A DNA stretch of 63,950 nt, from NCBI GenBank assembly GCA_025358515.1, contig JANYJG010000039.1:1-63950 (forward strand), given 5' to 3'. This stretch comes from Chloroflexota bacterium (lineage in GTDB: Bacteria; Chloroflexota; Limnocylindria; Limnocylindrales; CSP1-4). Under the pieces are notes generated by a model, which searched no databases, was not told the DNA's origin, and saw only the letters and a list, made by a program, of their open reading frames with translations. A program made the position numbers and the translations under genes. This document shows, piece by piece, positions 61,524 through 63,950 of this stretch (position 1 is its first letter; the number at the start of each line of letters is the position of its first letter).

Positions 61524-63112
61524 TGAACGATCCCGAGTCGGACCTCGAGGCCAGGCTCCAGGCCGTCGCGGCTGCGAGCCCCACGCCGCCACTGCCGCCG
61601 GAAACCGCGGCCCTGCCGTGGACCGTCCAGAAGCAGCGACACGGACCGGGAATCCTTCAAGCGCTGTTCGAGCGGCGCTCCTTTGGGGCGGGAATTGGGC
61701 GAGCCGCGGTGTCGGTGGTTCGTCTTGCGGCGACTTTCGCGGTGGTCGGAACCTTGCTGGTGTTTGCGAGTCAGGCCCGGTCTGGGTCTTCCGGAACGGC
61801 CCTCATCCGGCCCGCGACTACTCCTCTGGCCTCGGCCGGCACCGTTGCCGCCCCGGCCGGTCCAGAGGTTCTCGTAGTCCAGACCAGTGGCGTCGTCGAT
61901 CAAGTGATGGCGGACTATGTGACCGAGGCGGTGCACCGGGGGGAATCTGACGGGGCTGCCGCGGTGATCATCCAACTGGACACGCTGGGCGGATCCGAGA
62001 GCGCGATGAGCGAAATTGTCACCGCTCTCGACGCCAAGGTTCCGACGATCGTTTGGGTCGGGCCGGCGGGGGCGAGTGCGGCCAGCGCCGGGACGTTCAT
62101 CACTCTCTCGGCCAACCTCGCCTTCATGGCGCCCAGCACCAACATCGGCGCGGCCTCGCCGGTATCGGCCGGCGGCGGAGACATTGCCGCGGTCTTCGGC
62201 CAGACCGAGGCCGCCAAGGTCATGGAGCACGCCAAGTCCCTGATCCGAGGGATCGCCCAGCAACGCCATCCCGCGTCGGTCGCCTGGGCCGAGAGTACCG
62301 TCGCGCAGGCCCGGTCGTACAGCTGGCAGGAAGCGCTCGATGCCCAGGCCATCAACGGCGTGGCCTCGACTTTGGATGACGTGCTGACCCAGGCGGACGG
62401 CCAGTCGGTCACGACAAAGGCCGGCCAGGTCGTGCTGCACACCAAGGGCGCCACCAAGGTTGCAGTCAGCGAGAACTTGATCCAATCGTTCTTACACACC
62501 CTGGACGACCCGAACATCGCCTTCATTTTGTTGGTGTTGGGCATCCTGTTTGTGCTCCTGGAGTTGTTCCACCCGACGCTGCTCTTCGGGCTCGTCGGGG
62601 CCGTTTCGCTGGTTCTATCGTTCTACGGGTCGGGCAGCCTGCCGCTCAATGTGCTGGGCGTGGTCCTGGTGGCGTTGGGGATCGGGATGCTGACCCTGGA
62701 GACGAGCGTCCCGAGTCACGGCCTGTTGGCGATCGGCGGTCTGGTGGCGTTCGTTGTGGGCGCCGTGGCCTTCTACGGCTCCCCGGGCCCCTACCTGCCC
62801 GCCGTGGTCGTGGCCTGGCCGATCATCGCAACCATGTCCGTGATCGCGGCGGCGTATGCCCTGCTGGTGCTGCGTACGTTGCTGAAGATGCGAAGTCTGG
62901 CGGTTCCGGTGGGCTCGGGCATGGTGGGCACGGAACAGCTTGTCGGTCAGATCGGAGAAGTCCAGTCGGACCTGTTGCCCACAGGGACTGTCTATGTTGC
63001 CCGCGAGTCATGGACGGCGCGGCTCGCCTCCGGTGGCACGGCACCGCGTGGTAGCAGGATCAAGGTGACCGGACAGGAGGGCCTGACACTTATCGTGGAG
63101 AAGGTCGGGTAG
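61523..63112 (+). CDS. nfeD: NfeD-type membrane serine protease with an N-terminal anti-sigma-like extension
   Basis: TGATG coupling to the sigma gene; LDTLGG, AASAG, MAPSTNIGAA, TM bundle, C-terminal OB-fold (G.V...ESWTAR). Confidence 0.88.
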   Translation: MNDPESDLEARLQAVAAASPTPPLPPETAALPWTVQKQRHGPGILQALFERRSFGAGIGRAAVSVVRLAATFAVVGTLLVFASQARSGSSGTALIRPATTPLASAGTVAAPAGPEVLVVQTSGVVDQVMADYVTEAVHRGESDGAAAVIIQLDTLGGSESAMSEIVTALDAKVPTIVWVGPAGASAASAGTFITLSANLAFMAPSTNIGAASPVSAGGGDIAAVFGQTEAAKVMEHAKSLIRGIAQQRHPASVAWAESTVAQARSYSWQEALDAQAINGVASTLDDVLTQADGQSVTTKAGQVVLHTKGATKVAVSENLIQSFLHTLDDPNIAFILLVLGILFVLLELFHPTLLFGLVGAVSLVLSFYGSGSLPLNVLGVVLVALGIGMLTLETSVPSHGLLAIGGLVAFVVGAVAFYGSPGPYLPAVVVAWPIIATMSVIAAAYALLVLRTLLKMRSLAVPVGSGMVGTEQLVGQIGEVQSDLLPTGTVYVARESWTARLASGGTAPRGSRIKVTGQEGLTLIVEKVG

Positions 63113-63154
63113 TCGTTCGCCCGCTTGGGCAGCCGCGGAGTTGGAGGTTTGGGG

Positions 63155-63950
63155 ATGGAAACTGGCAATGTTGTTCTGGCGGTCCTTATCGGGCTGGCCG
63201 TGGTGTTGATCGTCGTCGTCGTCACCTCGATGCGCGTCGTGGCCCAGTGGGAACGAATGGTCGTTAAGCGCTGGGGCCAGACGAACCCCGGCCTGGTTCG
63301 AGAGCCGGGCCTGCGATTCCTGATCCCGATCGTCGACCAAGGCATTAAGGTTGACCTGCGCGAGCAGTTCATCGAGGTTCCGCGCCAGACGGCGATTACC
63401 AAGGACAATGCCCCGCTCAGCGTCGATTTCCTGATCTATTGGAAAATCGCGGACCCGCTCATGAGCATCGTCAACGTGGCCAACTTCGCCGGCGCGCTGC
63501 AGGGCGTGGCCGCGACTTCGCTCCGATCGGTCATTGGCGATATCCCTCTCGACGACGTGCTCTCACAGCGCGAACGGATCAACGAGACGCTCCGGATCAA
63601 GCTCGACGAAGTCACCGAGCGGTGGGGCGGCAAGGTCACCACAGTTGAAATCCGCGAGATCCTGCCCCCGCCGGCCGTTCAAGAGGCGATGAACCGCCAG
63701 CTCTCCGCGGAGCGGACGCGGCGGGCCGTCATCACCGAGTCGGAGGGCACGCGCCAGGCCACGATCAACGTGGCCGAGGGCGATAAGCAATCCAGCATTC
63801 TCCGCGCCGAGGGCGATCGGCAGGCAGCTATCCTGCGCGCTCAAGGCTTTAGCGAAGCGCTTCAGACGATCTTCAAGGCCGCTCATGGCATCGACCAGAA
63901 GACGATGACACTTCAGTACCTTGATGCGCTCAAGACCCTCGGAGCCGGAG
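63155..63950 (+). CDS. SPFH/Band 7 (stomatin/QmcA-like) protein, partial at the window end
   Basis: Manual translation METGNVVLAV...VDLREQ...ITKDN...LRSVIG...WGGKV..VEI...AMNRQ.SAER; missing from the ORF track because it has no stop in the window. Confidence 0.93.
   Translation, partial: METGNVVLAVLIGLAVVLIVVVVTSMRVVAQWERMVVKRWGQTNPGLVREPGLRFLIPIVDQGIKVDLREQFIEVPRQTAITKDNAPLSVDFLIYWKIADPLMSIVNVANFAGALQGVAATSLRSVIGDIPLDDVLSQRERINETLRIKLDEVTERWGGKVTTVEIREILPPPAVQEAMNRQLSAERTRRAVITESEGTRQATINVAEGDKQSSILRAEGDRQAAILRAQGFSEALQTIFKAAHGIDQKTMTLQYLDALKTLGAG

Overview
High-GC bacterial chromosomal window, mostly core housekeeping. Gene content and style suggest Chloroflexota, possibly Limnocylindria-like; this is inference, not a database result. 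It contains mrp, a cyclase/Crp cluster, cinA, tRNA-Leu(TAG), a PAS-GGDEF gene, tig-clpP-clpX-valS, several zinc-ribbon proteins, a MoxR-DUF58-transglutaminase triad, a three-gene serine operon, a vapBC pair, rarA, a UvrD-nuclease fusion, cpaE-like/murI/zincin genes, ychF, a YprA/YprB (MrfAB)-like repair pair, an ftsB-like gene, tRNA(CAT), ftsH, a solo DnaB-like motor domain with thpR, trpB2, tyrA, and an ECF sigma / NfeD / SPFH operon. No CRISPR array, integrase or transposase was seen. Most notable: (1) an apparent anti-sigma-factor::NfeD protease fusion translationally coupled to an ECF sigma factor and followed by a stomatin-like gene; (2) a compact T-box-like riboswitch before valS whose putative Val specifier (GUA) overlaps the clpX stop codon; (3) a recurring leaderless-type promoter geometry; (4) a LexA-type box on the yprAB-like operon.
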